Positions 31,557 to 40,436 of a stretch of 64,000 nt of DNA are shown here, in pieces. Under the pieces are notes generated by a model. It saw nothing but the letters and a program-made list of their open reading frames with translations, had not been told where the DNA came from and made no database searches. The DNA comes from Candidatus Entotheonellaceae bacterium (GTDB lineage Bacteria > Tectomicrobia > Entotheonellia > Entotheonellales > Entotheonellaceae): contig OZ250173.1 in the NCBI GenBank assembly GCA_965238075.1, forward strand, positions 2,624,001 through 2,688,000, written 5' to 3'. The position numbers were made by a program, and so were the translations under genes. Positions within the stretch are counted from its first letter, which is position 1, and every line of letters begins with the position of its first letter.

Positions 31557-31730
31557 ATCTTCTCCTCGGGTCGTTGCATCGCCGGCGGTGAGCGGCCCTG
31601 CTCGCCGCGATGGATATCTTGGTATTTGCGCCACGATAGAGAATTTGGCATGCCCGCCGCGGTCGCGCACTCCGATTCTTGCTTTCGAATTCGCCGGCGG
31701 AGGTGAGTGCCGGCCCCCGCTCCGATTCGA

Positions 31731-31830
31731 ACGCCACACGGCCGGCGAGATCGCAAATCAGGCCAACCAGCTATCCGCCGAGGGTCATGCCGGAGCCGGA
31801 GAACAAGTACTGCGCGGCGATTCGCCGTGC
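31731..31830 (-). pseudogene. Degraded fragment resembling an MFS transporter helix
   Basis: RRIAAQYLFSGSGMTLGG*LVGLICDLAG with TAG where Trp (TGG) is typical; family recalled from memory only. Confidence 0.35.
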
Positions 31831-31917
31831 GACTTCGTCGAACAGTAAGAAAGGACAATTAGCGTTTTCCTGAGAGGAGGGCAACATCATCAAGCGGGTT
31901 TAACGATCTGACTTATA

Positions 31918-31946
31918 TATTCTGATAATGTCTCAATATGTCAACT
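31918..31946 (+). other. XerC/D dif-like recombination site (right)
   Basis: tattctgataa-tgtctca-atatgtcaact; same 11-7-11 layout and orientation as 30085-30113. Confidence 0.55.
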
Positions 31947-32423
31947 TTCGCCAGCGGTAAAACCCACGCCGTTACTGGCCGAAGCGCCCCTCGTCCAGCG
32001 CCGATCAGCGATTTCCCGCCAAGGGGCCGGTTTTGGCAATTTGGGGGCAAAATTGGTGGGGCCGACAAGGCCAAAATGGATGATTTCAGACCGTGTTGTA
32101 GGGCGAATGTGGAGCTTAGCAAGTGACGCACAAGGTGGCGATTCGGGGCACGAGCCGTAGCCTATGAAGTCGGGAAAAAACGGGCGTGGATTCGCTCAGG
32201 CTGTTCCCCTGCCGCCGGTATTGGCTGCGCGGTTGCTGCCTTTCGGGACTCTCCATATCGCCGCTGTCGCTCCGCGATTCTTCGCCGCCATTATCCACCG
32301 TCACGTCATGTTGTCCAATCGGTGAGAGTCTTGTCGCCACCGCGCCGCGGCTTTACAAGGCCCGGCAAGCGTGGCATGCTCAAAAGCTCGTTTGGCTGCG
32401 GATATCCGAGGGGGGCAGGAGGC

Positions 32424-33749
32424 GTGTCGGTTGTCGATCAGAAGCGGTTGCCGGTGGACATCTTCAAGCTCGACGCCGCGCGCATCCAGCAGGGCTGGTA
32501 CAGCGATCACTACTTCAACAACAGCACCTTTATCCTCGGTGCGCTGGCCGAACAGGGCTACCGCTTTCGGGGCGCCTGCGCCGCGCTTGCCGCGCAAGGC
32601 GTTGACGTGTCACAGGTTGACGTCGGCAACATCGAAGCCGACATGCAGTACTTCACCCGCCGGGCGCCGTTTTCCCTGGTCGCCGGTGTGGATGAGGTGC
32701 TGGCCATGTTCAAGCTTTGCACCGGCTTCCATGACGACCAGGGCCGCTTCGTCAACACCGCTGACAACCTGGAAATCGACGCCGTGCACGACGGCGCCAA
32801 GGTGGCGCCCTGGGAGCCCGTCATACGGGTGCGGGGTCGTTATCGCGACTTCGCCATTCTGGAAACGCCCACCCTCGGTGCCCTGTCCAGACGCACTCGC
32901 ATTGCAACCAACGTTTACCAGGCCCTGCAGGCGTCCGGCGGCAAGCCGCTGTTGTTTTTCCCCGCCCGCTTCGACATCTACGAAGCCCAGGCTGGGGATG
33001 GCTATGCCTACCGAATCGCCGTCGATGTCTGGAACCTCGAGCGGCACGACACCCTCGATGCGTACATCTCCACCGAGGCGCAAGGCGATTGGTGGGGCGG
33101 CAAAGGCAGCGGCACCATGGCTCATGCCTACCTACTCTGCTTTCTCCGCGACACCGTGGAGGCTACGCTGCAATTCGCGTCCCTGATTCCCGCGGAGATC
33201 AAGCGCGTGGCCCTGGTTGACGTCAACAACGACTGCGTGGGCGACAGCGTCCAAACCGCGGTCGCGATGTTCCGGCGCTACCGGGAGCACGTAGAGGCCG
33301 GGCGGCCCGAGGACGCCGAATGCTACGTCCTGTTCGGCGTTCGGCCCGACACCTCGGGCGACATGATCGACGTTAGCGTGGCGCCGCTGGGAGATCCCAC
33401 GCTGGACTGCGGCGTGAATCCTCGCCTGGTGCGCAACATCCGCGAGGCTCTGGATACCCTGGCCGACCACATCGACCTGCCTTACCGCTGGCTGGAGCGC
33501 GCCCGGCGCTATTTCCGCAACATCAAGATCGTGGCCACGGGCGGCTTTACCCCGCAGCGCATTCAGCAGTTCGAGACGCTGCGGGTGCCGGTGGACATTT
33601 ACGGGGTGGGCTCGTTTTTCTTTGAGGGCGAGAACAACGACTTCACGGCCGACGTCGTGCGGGTGAAGATCGACGGCAGTTGGCATGATATGGCGAAAAC
33701 GGGCCGCGAGGCGCGCCAGAGTCCTCAGTTGCAGCGCGTCGTGTATTGA
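32424..33749 (+). CDS. Nicotinate phosphoribosyltransferase family protein
   Basis: YSDHYF, GTMAH, GVRPDTS, ATGGF, DIYGVGS, DFTAD. GTG start after AGGAGG. Confidence 0.85.
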   Translation: MSVVDQKRLPVDIFKLDAARIQQGWYSDHYFNNSTFILGALAEQGYRFRGACAALAAQGVDVSQVDVGNIEADMQYFTRRAPFSLVAGVDEVLAMFKLCTGFHDDQGRFVNTADNLEIDAVHDGAKVAPWEPVIRVRGRYRDFAILETPTLGALSRRTRIATNVYQALQASGGKPLLFFPARFDIYEAQAGDGYAYRIAVDVWNLERHDTLDAYISTEAQGDWWGGKGSGTMAHAYLLCFLRDTVEATLQFASLIPAEIKRVALVDVNNDCVGDSVQTAVAMFRRYREHVEAGRPEDAECYVLFGVRPDTSGDMIDVSVAPLGDPTLDCGVNPRLVRNIREALDTLADHIDLPYRWLERARRYFRNIKIVATGGFTPQRIQQFETLRVPVDIYGVGSFFFEGENNDFTADVVRVKIDGSWHDMAKTGREARQSPQLQRVVY

Positions 33750-33764
33750 GGAAGGTCCCTCCTT

Positions 33765-33844
33765 GGGAGCACGGGCATCTTGCCCGCCTTAACCCCCCAA
33801 CCCCCCTTGTCAGGGGGGCCTGGGAGCGCGGGCTTCCAGCCCGC
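33765..33844. repeat. Mosaic of REP-like palindromes
   Basis: gggagcacgggcatcttgcccgc, taaccccccaaccccccttgtcaggggggc (33790-33819), gggagcgcgggcttccagcccgc. Confidence 0.75.
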
Positions 33845-33878
33845 AAAAGGAATGACGATGGGGGCTTGGGAGTAGCGT

Positions 33879-34754
33879 GTGCGCGCGTTAGTCGTTTACA
33901 AAAGAAGTCACTACGAGCTCTACGAATCGCGGACGGGTTTCCAGACCCTGCGAGGACAGGTGCGTCCGTTCGTTCGGGCCATGATGTTGAGTCATGACGC
34001 GAACCAGCGCACGCTCGCCGCCGTGCATCGGGCTTTCGAGGCCGTGGGGGTCCCTTACGACTGCATTTATCGTGGGGAGTTGCGCAGCGCGGAAGGCTAC
34101 GATCTGCTGTGCAGCGTCGGGGGGGACGGGACATTCCTGGAGGTGGCGCGCCACAGTGTGACGACGCCGGTGCTGGGGATTAATTCCGACCCGCAGCGCA
34201 GCATTGCTTTATTCTGCGCCGCCGATCAGGATACGGTCCGGCAGCGTCTGGAAGCCGTCTTGGCAGGCGCATTGCGGGAGGTACGGCTGGCGCGCATGCA
34301 GGTGACCCTCAACGGCATCCCACTCGACTTCTGCGCGCTGAACGATCTGTTGTTCTGTCACGCCAACCCTGCCGCCATAACGGCCTATACCTTGCAACTA
34401 GGCGCCGTTCGTGAAACGCAAAAGAGCTCCGGCGTGTGGTTTGCCAGCGCCGCAGGGTCCACCGCGGCCATCCGGTCGGCGGGCGGGCGCCGCATGCCGC
34501 TGCGTTCGCGCCGCTTGCAGTATCTGGTGCGCGAGCCGTACGTTGCCGACGGATCGCCCTATCGCCTCATTAAGGGCATGGTAGCGCCGGACGCGCAGTT
34601 GGAACTGATCTCGAAGACGCGCCAGGGACGGCTTTACATCGACGGCTCGCACCGCCACGTGCCTTGCGGACTGGGCGACGTGTTGCAGGTGAGCACCGAC
34701 GCCCCGCCCCTCCGCGTGCTCGGCATCGACGACCAGCGGCGTCAGCGATTCTGA
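33879..34754 (+). CDS. nadK: NAD(+) kinase
   Basis: GGDGT, ALND, SAAGSTA…SAGG. Confidence 0.88.
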   Translation: MRALVVYKRSHYELYESRTGFQTLRGQVRPFVRAMMLSHDANQRTLAAVHRAFEAVGVPYDCIYRGELRSAEGYDLLCSVGGDGTFLEVARHSVTTPVLGINSDPQRSIALFCAADQDTVRQRLEAVLAGALREVRLARMQVTLNGIPLDFCALNDLLFCHANPAAITAYTLQLGAVRETQKSSGVWFASAAGSTAAIRSAGGRRMPLRSRRLQYLVREPYVADGSPYRLIKGMVAPDAQLELISKTRQGRLYIDGSHRHVPCGLGDVLQVSTDAPPLRVLGIDDQRRQRF

Positions 34755-34794
34755 TGCAATTGGCTTGCCTCACTCGTTCAAAAAGGATGACCCC

Positions 34795-36426
34795 TTGAGC
34801 AACGTTGCAAACGCGATGATCGATGTGTTGGCCGAGGCCGGTGTGCGGCACGTCTTTGGGGTGCCGAGCGGCCCTTGGGCGCCGTTTATGGACGCCATGC
34901 GGACCGGGCCGGTGGAGTATGTGCTGACCAGCACGGAGGCCGCCGCCGGATTCATGGCCGACGTGTGCAGCCGCATCACCGGTCAGCCCGGCGCCTGTTA
35001 CGGCACCTTCGGGCCGGGTGCCACGAACCTGTGCACGGGCGTCGGTGCTGCTTATCTGGACCGCTCGCCGGTGCTGGCGTTCACCACCGAAGCGCCAGAA
35101 AGCATGCGGCACCGGACGCTGCAGATGCACATCGATCACCAAGCCCTGTTCGCACCCTTGACCAAATGGACGACGCGCCTGTCGCCGACGACCGTACGCC
35201 AGACGCTGCGGCGCGCCGTGCAGGTGGCGACGTCCGAGGTGCCCGGTCCTGTGCACATCGGCCTGCCGGCGGATATCGGCAAACAGGCCGCGGCGCCGGA
35301 GATGGGTAGCGCACCCGTTCAGCAGGGTGCGGCGATGGCGGCTCCTGATGCGGCGCAACTGGAGCATATGGCGGATTTGTTGCGGCAGGCGAAACGCCCG
35401 CTGCTGGTGGTCGGGCTGTCCTGCCTGCGGGCGACGGGTCACGACGCCCTGGTGCGGTTTGTCGAGCGGCAGCGCTTGCCGGTCGTTTTCTCACCCATGG
35501 CCAAGGGATTTATCAGCGAGCAGCATCCTGCCTACGCCGGCGTCCTGTTTCACGCCCTGAGCGACATCGTTGCCGAAACCATTCAGGATGCCGACCTGGT
35601 GCTGGCCTTGGGGTACGACCCTATCGAGTTCAACTACGAGGATTGGCTGACCGCCGTGCCGCTCGTCCACGTCGACACGGTTCCTGCCGACGTGGACGCC
35701 TCGTGTCACCTGGCGGCCGAGATCGTCGGCGACATCGGCGCGGCGCTTCATTTTCTGGCGCAGTTGTCTCCCTTGCCGAATGCCTGGGACCTGTCGGCGT
35801 TGGAGGACCGCCGCCGCCGCCTGTTCGATACGCTGACGGCGCCGCGCACTTCCTTGTCGCCATCGCAGGTTGTGTCCGCGGTGCAGGAACTGTTGCCCGA
35901 GGACGGCTGGCTGGCCTGTGACGTCGGGGCGCATACCCATTTGATCGGCCAGTTGTGGCACGCCTCAAGACCGGGTCAGTTGATCATGACGAATGGCTGG
36001 TCGTCCATGGGCTTTGGCATTCCGGCGGCTCTGGCCGCCAAGCTTTGCCAGCCGCAGCAAAAGGTGGTGTGCATTACCGGGGATGGGGGGTTCCTGATGA
36101 TGGTGGGTGAGATGGCCACCGCCATGCGTCTGGGGTTGGCGGTGGTGGTTGTCGTGCTGGTGGACCGGCATCTGCAGCTCATCACCGTCAAGCAGGAGCG
36201 CCAAGGCTACCCCTGCTACGGCACGCCGCTGTTTCCCGCCGCTTATCCGTCACCGTCGCACTATTTCGGCGTTCCCGTCCTGCCGGCAACCACGGTCGCC
36301 GAGGTGCACGAGGCGATTGCCCAAGGGCTCGCCGCTTCCGGGCCCGTAATCGTCGAGGCGTCGGTCGACCCGTCAGAGTACGACGAGATCATTCTACGCC
36401 CCCACAAGCTCGCCGAACGGGCATAA
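34795..36426 (+). CDS. Thiamine pyrophosphate-dependent enzyme (acetolactate synthase-like)
   Basis: FGVPSG, GPGATN, SMGFGIP, GDGG. TTG start inferred. Confidence 0.9.
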   Translation: MSNVANAMIDVLAEAGVRHVFGVPSGPWAPFMDAMRTGPVEYVLTSTEAAAGFMADVCSRITGQPGACYGTFGPGATNLCTGVGAAYLDRSPVLAFTTEAPESMRHRTLQMHIDHQALFAPLTKWTTRLSPTTVRQTLRRAVQVATSEVPGPVHIGLPADIGKQAAAPEMGSAPVQQGAAMAAPDAAQLEHMADLLRQAKRPLLVVGLSCLRATGHDALVRFVERQRLPVVFSPMAKGFISEQHPAYAGVLFHALSDIVAETIQDADLVLALGYDPIEFNYEDWLTAVPLVHVDTVPADVDASCHLAAEIVGDIGAALHFLAQLSPLPNAWDLSALEDRRRRLFDTLTAPRTSLSPSQVVSAVQELLPEDGWLACDVGAHTHLIGQLWHASRPGQLIMTNGWSSMGFGIPAALAAKLCQPQQKVVCITGDGGFLMMVGEMATAMRLGLAVVVVVLVDRHLQLITVKQERQGYPCYGTPLFPAAYPSPSHYFGVPVLPATTVAEVHEAIAQGLAASGPVIVEASVDPSEYDEIILRPHKLAERA

Positions 36427-36463
36427 AAAAATCCGTCTGTCAGGACGCTGGCCTGGCAGACGG
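36425..36463 (-). terminator. Intrinsic terminator of the csp gene
   Basis: aaaaaatccgtctgtcagg…cctggcagacgga, giving a hairpin plus U-tract on the minus strand. Confidence 0.7.
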
Positions 36464-36490
36464 ACCGTTGAGCAGTGCCGCTAACGTAAA

Positions 36491-36691
36491 TTACGGCTTG
36501 TTAACGTTCGTGGCCTGCTCGCCCTTGGGGCCGTTCACAACCTCGAATTCTACCTCTTCCCCTTCCGAGAGGGTCTTAAAGCCGTCGCCTTGGATCGCTG
36601 AGAAGTGCACGAAAATGTCTTTCTCACCCTCACGGGCAATAAAGCCGTAGCCCTTGCGATCATCAAACCATTTTACCGAACCTTTCGCCAT
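36491..36691 (-). CDS. Cold-shock protein (CspA family)
   Basis: [18 protein letters not shown]…IFVHFSAI…GPKG. Confidence 0.96.
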   Translation of the reverse strand: MAKGSVKWFDDRKGYGFIAREGEKDIFVHFSAIQGDGFKTLSEGEEVEFEVVNGPKGEQATNVNKP

Positions 36692-36847
36692 GCGACGTTC
36701 TCCGTACCTTTGCACAAAGCAGAACTTCTTTGAGAACCGAGGAACAACCCTGCGATTCCCGCCAGCAGTGCAGAAGGGGTAAGGGGAAGAACACAGTGCG
36801 TCCGAGCGTACCCAAGGCAATGAGTTCTGTAATACCGCTAACCCTCT

Positions 36848-37402
36848 CTACATTGACGGCGGCACTATAACAGCGGTCTGGAGGGCTGTCAAGAAGCGTT
36901 TGGGCAAGGATTTTTGCGGCTCCAAGCGTGTCGATTCACGCGAAAATTGTTGCAGCGGATAGCGGCGTTCCTGCCACGCCGGCATGCCGCCCTCGAGCAC
37001 CGTCATGTTGCGATAACCCTGCCGATACAGGAACTGATAGGCCAAACTGGCCAAGTGATGCGGGCAGGTTCAATACAGCACCACGGGTATGTCTGTGGGA
37101 ATGTCCGCCAGGCTGTAGGGCAGGATGCCCAAGGGGATGGAAACGGCGCCGGGCAGGTGGCCGCGCGCGTAGTCGCCGTAGCCGCGTACGTCGATGATCT
37201 TCAGGGGCACATCGGTATCGATGCGGGCTTTCAATTCATCAACGCTGGTGAATATGATGGTGATGTCCTGAGCAACCTTCTGCTGTGCAAACTGCGGGTA
37301 GTCACGTGGGTCTGCCGAGACGGTCGCCGCGCAGGCGAGCCCGAGCACGAGGAGGCCACCGGCAAGGCCAGCGACGCGGCGACGCGAGGGTTTGTCTGTC
37401 AT
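36848..37402 (-). CDS. Exported rhodanese-domain selenoprotein (Sec111, UxC motif)
   Basis: Track ORFs 37070-37402 and 36848-37054 are one frame joined by TGA: IDVR…HLPGA…PVVLY-U-TCPHHLASLAY…VLEGGMPAW. TGA sits at the catalytic Cys position; hairpin ggcc-agttt-ggcc follows. Confidence 0.88.
36864..36892 (-). promoter_or_regulatory. sigma70 promoter of csp, implying a ~165-nt 5' UTR
   Basis: Minus strand TTGACA, 17 bp, TATAGT; lies inside the 3' tail of the rhodanese ORF. Confidence 0.7.
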
Positions 37403-37619
37403 GTGCTTGTCCTTATGGAAACACGATGCTGCTTGAGGTAACTGAAGTTGAACCGTGCAATCCAGGAATTCTAACCAACTGTCGTGGGGCTGAAAAGGAA
37501 TATCTTGGCGGTGGAAACGAGGCTTGTCAGGCGCGTAGCGTCTATGGTATTAACGTCGCTTCACCACAGCTTAAGAGCCTACGAGGATTTCACGTTCGCA
37601 GATGGAAGGGGAGACGGCG

Positions 37620-38948
37620 ATGCGGGAAGATGGGCATGATCGGCGGGTAGACGAGAACGTGTGGCGGCCGGGGACGATCACCCGCCGGCGCTTTGTCGGT
37701 GTTGGGGCGGCGTCCGTGGCAGCCGCCGGAGCGCTCGGCGCCGCCATGCTGGTGCCGTCGCCCTGGCGTCAGGTGTATGGGTCCGAGAAGCCGATCAAGG
37801 TCGGCGGCATTCAGCCGCTGACGGGACCCGCCGCCGGCGGCGGGTTGATGGCGAAGGTCGGGCAGGAAGTCGCTGCCGAGCGCATCAATGCCGCCGGCGG
37901 CGTCAACGGGCGCCCTATCGAACTGATCGTCGAAGACTCCGACAAGCCGGCCGCCGGCATCCGCAAAACCCGCAAGCTGCTCACCCGCGATCGCATCGAC
38001 GTGGGGCAGGGCGGCTTCATGAGCAACGTGTGCATCGCCTGCATGCCGGAATACCGGCGCGCCCGTATCGTCAACATGATCGGCGTCTGCCTCGACACCA
38101 CCATCACCACCTCGCGCTGCGACCGCTACACCTTCCGCCCCTTCGATTACGCCCCGGCGCAGGCGGTGGCCTTTACGCCGTACCTGGTGAACAACATCGG
38201 CAAGAAATGGCACATCCTGTTCGCCGATTACGCTTGGGGTCAAACGACCCGGGATGCCTACCGGGTGGGTATTGAGAACCTAGGCGGCGAAGTGGTCGGC
38301 ACCACCGGCATCCCGCTCGGCACCGCCGACATGGTGCCCTTCCTCAGCAAGATCAGGGGCGATTTCGACGGCCTGTTCATGATCTTTTTCGGCAAGGACG
38401 GCGTCAACGTAGTCACCCAGGCGTACAACCTGGGTCTGCACAACAAGTATCGTTTCGCCGGCGACGGCGCCGCGGTGGTGGCCGGCACCAATCTCCCGGC
38501 ACAGAGGGAGAAGGCGCTGGGATTCGTCGGCATCGACCGCTATCTCCCGATCTTCGAAGGACCCCTCGATACCGAGCACCACCAGAAATTTTTCAACGCC
38601 GTGTTCGAGCACTCGAAAAAATACGACTCGAACGGCATCCTGTCCGACCGCTACAGTCAATCGAACTTTGAAGCCCTGAACGTCCTGAAAGTCGGCATGG
38701 AAGCATGCGATTTCCGCGGCCGCGAGGACACCGAAAAGCTCGTCGAGGCCCTGGAGGACCTGCAAGTGTACGCCGGGGACGATTTTCCCACCGGCGACAG
38801 GCTGCTGCGCAAGGCCGACCACCAAGCTTTCACCAACGAGTACATCTTCGAGGTGGTGCAGGGTGACGGCGATACCTACCAGCCCAAGGTGCTGCAAGTC
38901 GTGCCGTGGCAGGACACCATCGTGCCGCCGGCGTGTCAGTTTGCCTGA
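37620..38948 (+). CDS. ABC transporter substrate-binding protein (branched-chain amino acid type), Tat signal
   Basis: TRRRFV signal, INAAGGVNGRPIELIVED, DYAWG. Confidence 0.9.
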   Translation: MREDGHDRRVDENVWRPGTITRRRFVGVGAASVAAAGALGAAMLVPSPWRQVYGSEKPIKVGGIQPLTGPAAGGGLMAKVGQEVAAERINAAGGVNGRPIELIVEDSDKPAAGIRKTRKLLTRDRIDVGQGGFMSNVCIACMPEYRRARIVNMIGVCLDTTITTSRCDRYTFRPFDYAPAQAVAFTPYLVNNIGKKWHILFADYAWGQTTRDAYRVGIENLGGEVVGTTGIPLGTADMVPFLSKIRGDFDGLFMIFFGKDGVNVVTQAYNLGLHNKYRFAGDGAAVVAGTNLPAQREKALGFVGIDRYLPIFEGPLDTEHHQKFFNAVFEHSKKYDSNGILSDRYSQSNFEALNVLKVGMEACDFRGREDTEKLVEALEDLQVYAGDDFPTGDRLLRKADHQAFTNEYIFEVVQGDGDTYQPKVLQVVPWQDTIVPPACQFA

Positions 38949-38972
38949 ACCCGGACGCGCTAGCGAGGCGGC

Positions 38973-39719
38973 ATGAGCGACAGCCCCCACCCCTTGATTA
39001 CCGAAAAACTGACCATGCACTTCGGCGGCTTGGCGGCCCTGGAAGACATCGATCTGGTCGTCGAGCGGGACACGACGCACGCCATCATCGGCCCCAACGG
39101 CGCCGGCAAGAGCACTTTCTTCAACTGCCTGACGGGCCTGCTGCGTCCTACCGGTGGGCGCATTCTGCTGGAGGGCCGGGACATCACGGGCCTGCCGCCT
39201 GAGCGCATTTCGCAGCGCGGCGTGGCGCGCTCTTATCAGATCACCAATATCTTTCCCGGCTCCACCTGCCTGGAAAACATCCGCGTTGCCGTGCAGTCCC
39301 GCCAGCCCACCTCGTCGTTCCTGCGGCATCATCGCGCCGACGCGGCCACCTTGGAGGGCGCAGCGGGAATCATCGAGACCATCGGCCTGGGCGGAAAGGA
39401 GGACGTGATGGCCTCCAACCTCTCCCACGGTGAGCAGCGCAATCTGGAGATCGGCATCGCCCTGGCGACCGAACCTACGCTGCTCTGCCTGGATGAGCCG
39501 ACCGCCGGCATGAGCGGCTCGGAAACCCGCGACGTCGTGGAGTTGATTCGCCGCATCGGCGCCAGCCTGACGATTCTCATCGTCGAGCACGACATGCAGG
39601 TCGTCATGAGCCTCGCGCAGCGCATCACGGTTCTGGATTACGGCCAGGTTCTGGCGCAGGGCACGCCCGAGGAAATTCAGGCCAACCCGCAGGTGCAGGA
39701 AGCCTACCTGAAGATGTGA
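38973..39719 (+). CDS. ABC transporter ATP-binding protein (LivG-like)
   Basis: GPNGAGKST, LSHGEQR, LDEPTAG. Confidence 0.93.
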   Translation: MSDSPHPLITEKLTMHFGGLAALEDIDLVVERDTTHAIIGPNGAGKSTFFNCLTGLLRPTGGRILLEGRDITGLPPERISQRGVARSYQITNIFPGSTCLENIRVAVQSRQPTSSFLRHHRADAATLEGAAGIIETIGLGGKEDVMASNLSHGEQRNLEIGIALATEPTLLCLDEPTAGMSGSETRDVVELIRRIGASLTILIVEHDMQVVMSLAQRITVLDYGQVLAQGTPEEIQANPQVQEAYLKM

Positions 39720-39726
39720 GGGAGCC

Positions 39727-40434
39727 ATGCTGAGGTTGCAGGACGTCCAGGCGTTCTACGGCAAGAGCCACGTGCTGCACGGCGTCAGCCTGGAGGTGGA
39801 CGGCGGCCAGGTTGTGGGATTGCTCGGGCGCAACGGGGTGGGAAAGAGCACCACCCTGAAAGCCATCATGGGTCTGGTGGCCGTCCAGAGCGGCTCGATC
39901 ACCTTTGGCGGGCACGACCTGCACCGGCAGAAGCCCTACCGGATTCCCCGCCTCGGTATTGGCTACGTGCCCGAGGACCGGCGCATCTTTCCCCGGCTGA
40001 CCGTGCTGGACAACCTGCGGACCGGGTTTGACCGCCAGGGCGCCTCCGCTGCACGCACGGAGCAGTTGCTTGAGCAGGCGTACGCCAGCTTTCCGCGCCT
40101 CAAGGAGCGCCAGCGGCAACTTGCCGGCACCCTGTCCGGCGGCGAGCAGCAGATGCTGGCCATCGCCCGGGCCATGATGCTCGACCCGAAGATCATTCTG
40201 CTGGACGAGCCTACCGAGGGCCTCATGCCGCGCTTGGTAGGCCAGATTCAAGAGATTATTGACGTCTTGCGTCAAGCCAACGTGTCGATTCTGCTGGTGG
40301 AGCAGAACGTGCCCATGACCCTCGCCGTCAGCGACCGCGTATACCTTATGGAGCGCGGCGCCATCCGCCATGAGGCGGCGGCGAGTGAGCTTTCCGTGGA
40401 CGACGACGTGATCCACAAGTACTTGGGGGTGTAG
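39727..40434 (+). CDS. ABC transporter ATP-binding protein (LivF-like)
   Basis: GRNGVGKST, LSGGEQQML, LDEPTEG. Confidence 0.93.
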   Translation: MLRLQDVQAFYGKSHVLHGVSLEVDGGQVVGLLGRNGVGKSTTLKAIMGLVAVQSGSITFGGHDLHRQKPYRIPRLGIGYVPEDRRIFPRLTVLDNLRTGFDRQGASAARTEQLLEQAYASFPRLKERQRQLAGTLSGGEQQMLAIARAMMLDPKIILLDEPTEGLMPRLVGQIQEIIDVLRQANVSILLVEQNVPMTLAVSDRVYLMERGAIRHEAAASELSVDDDVIHKYLGV

Positions 40435-40436
40435 GG

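Noticed and set aside
30085-31946. One of the dif-like sites as the chromosomal dif/terminus
   Set aside because: By eye, GGGNAGGG (KOPS-like) octamers lie on the + strand both left (about 24237, 24317, 25771, 26114, 29424, 29490) and right (about 38004, 42347, 42507, 51090, 55022) of the sites, with no polarity switch. Both spacers are 7 bp. The count is not exhaustive.
31900-32120. CRISPR leader or array
   Set aside because: AT-rich, but there are no regularly spaced direct repeats and no cas genes.
32180-32290. tRNA, tRNA-Sec or glycine riboswitch
   Set aside because: It ends in ccgcca and has GGAGAG on the minus strand, but no cloverleaf, T-loop or riboswitch core could be built.
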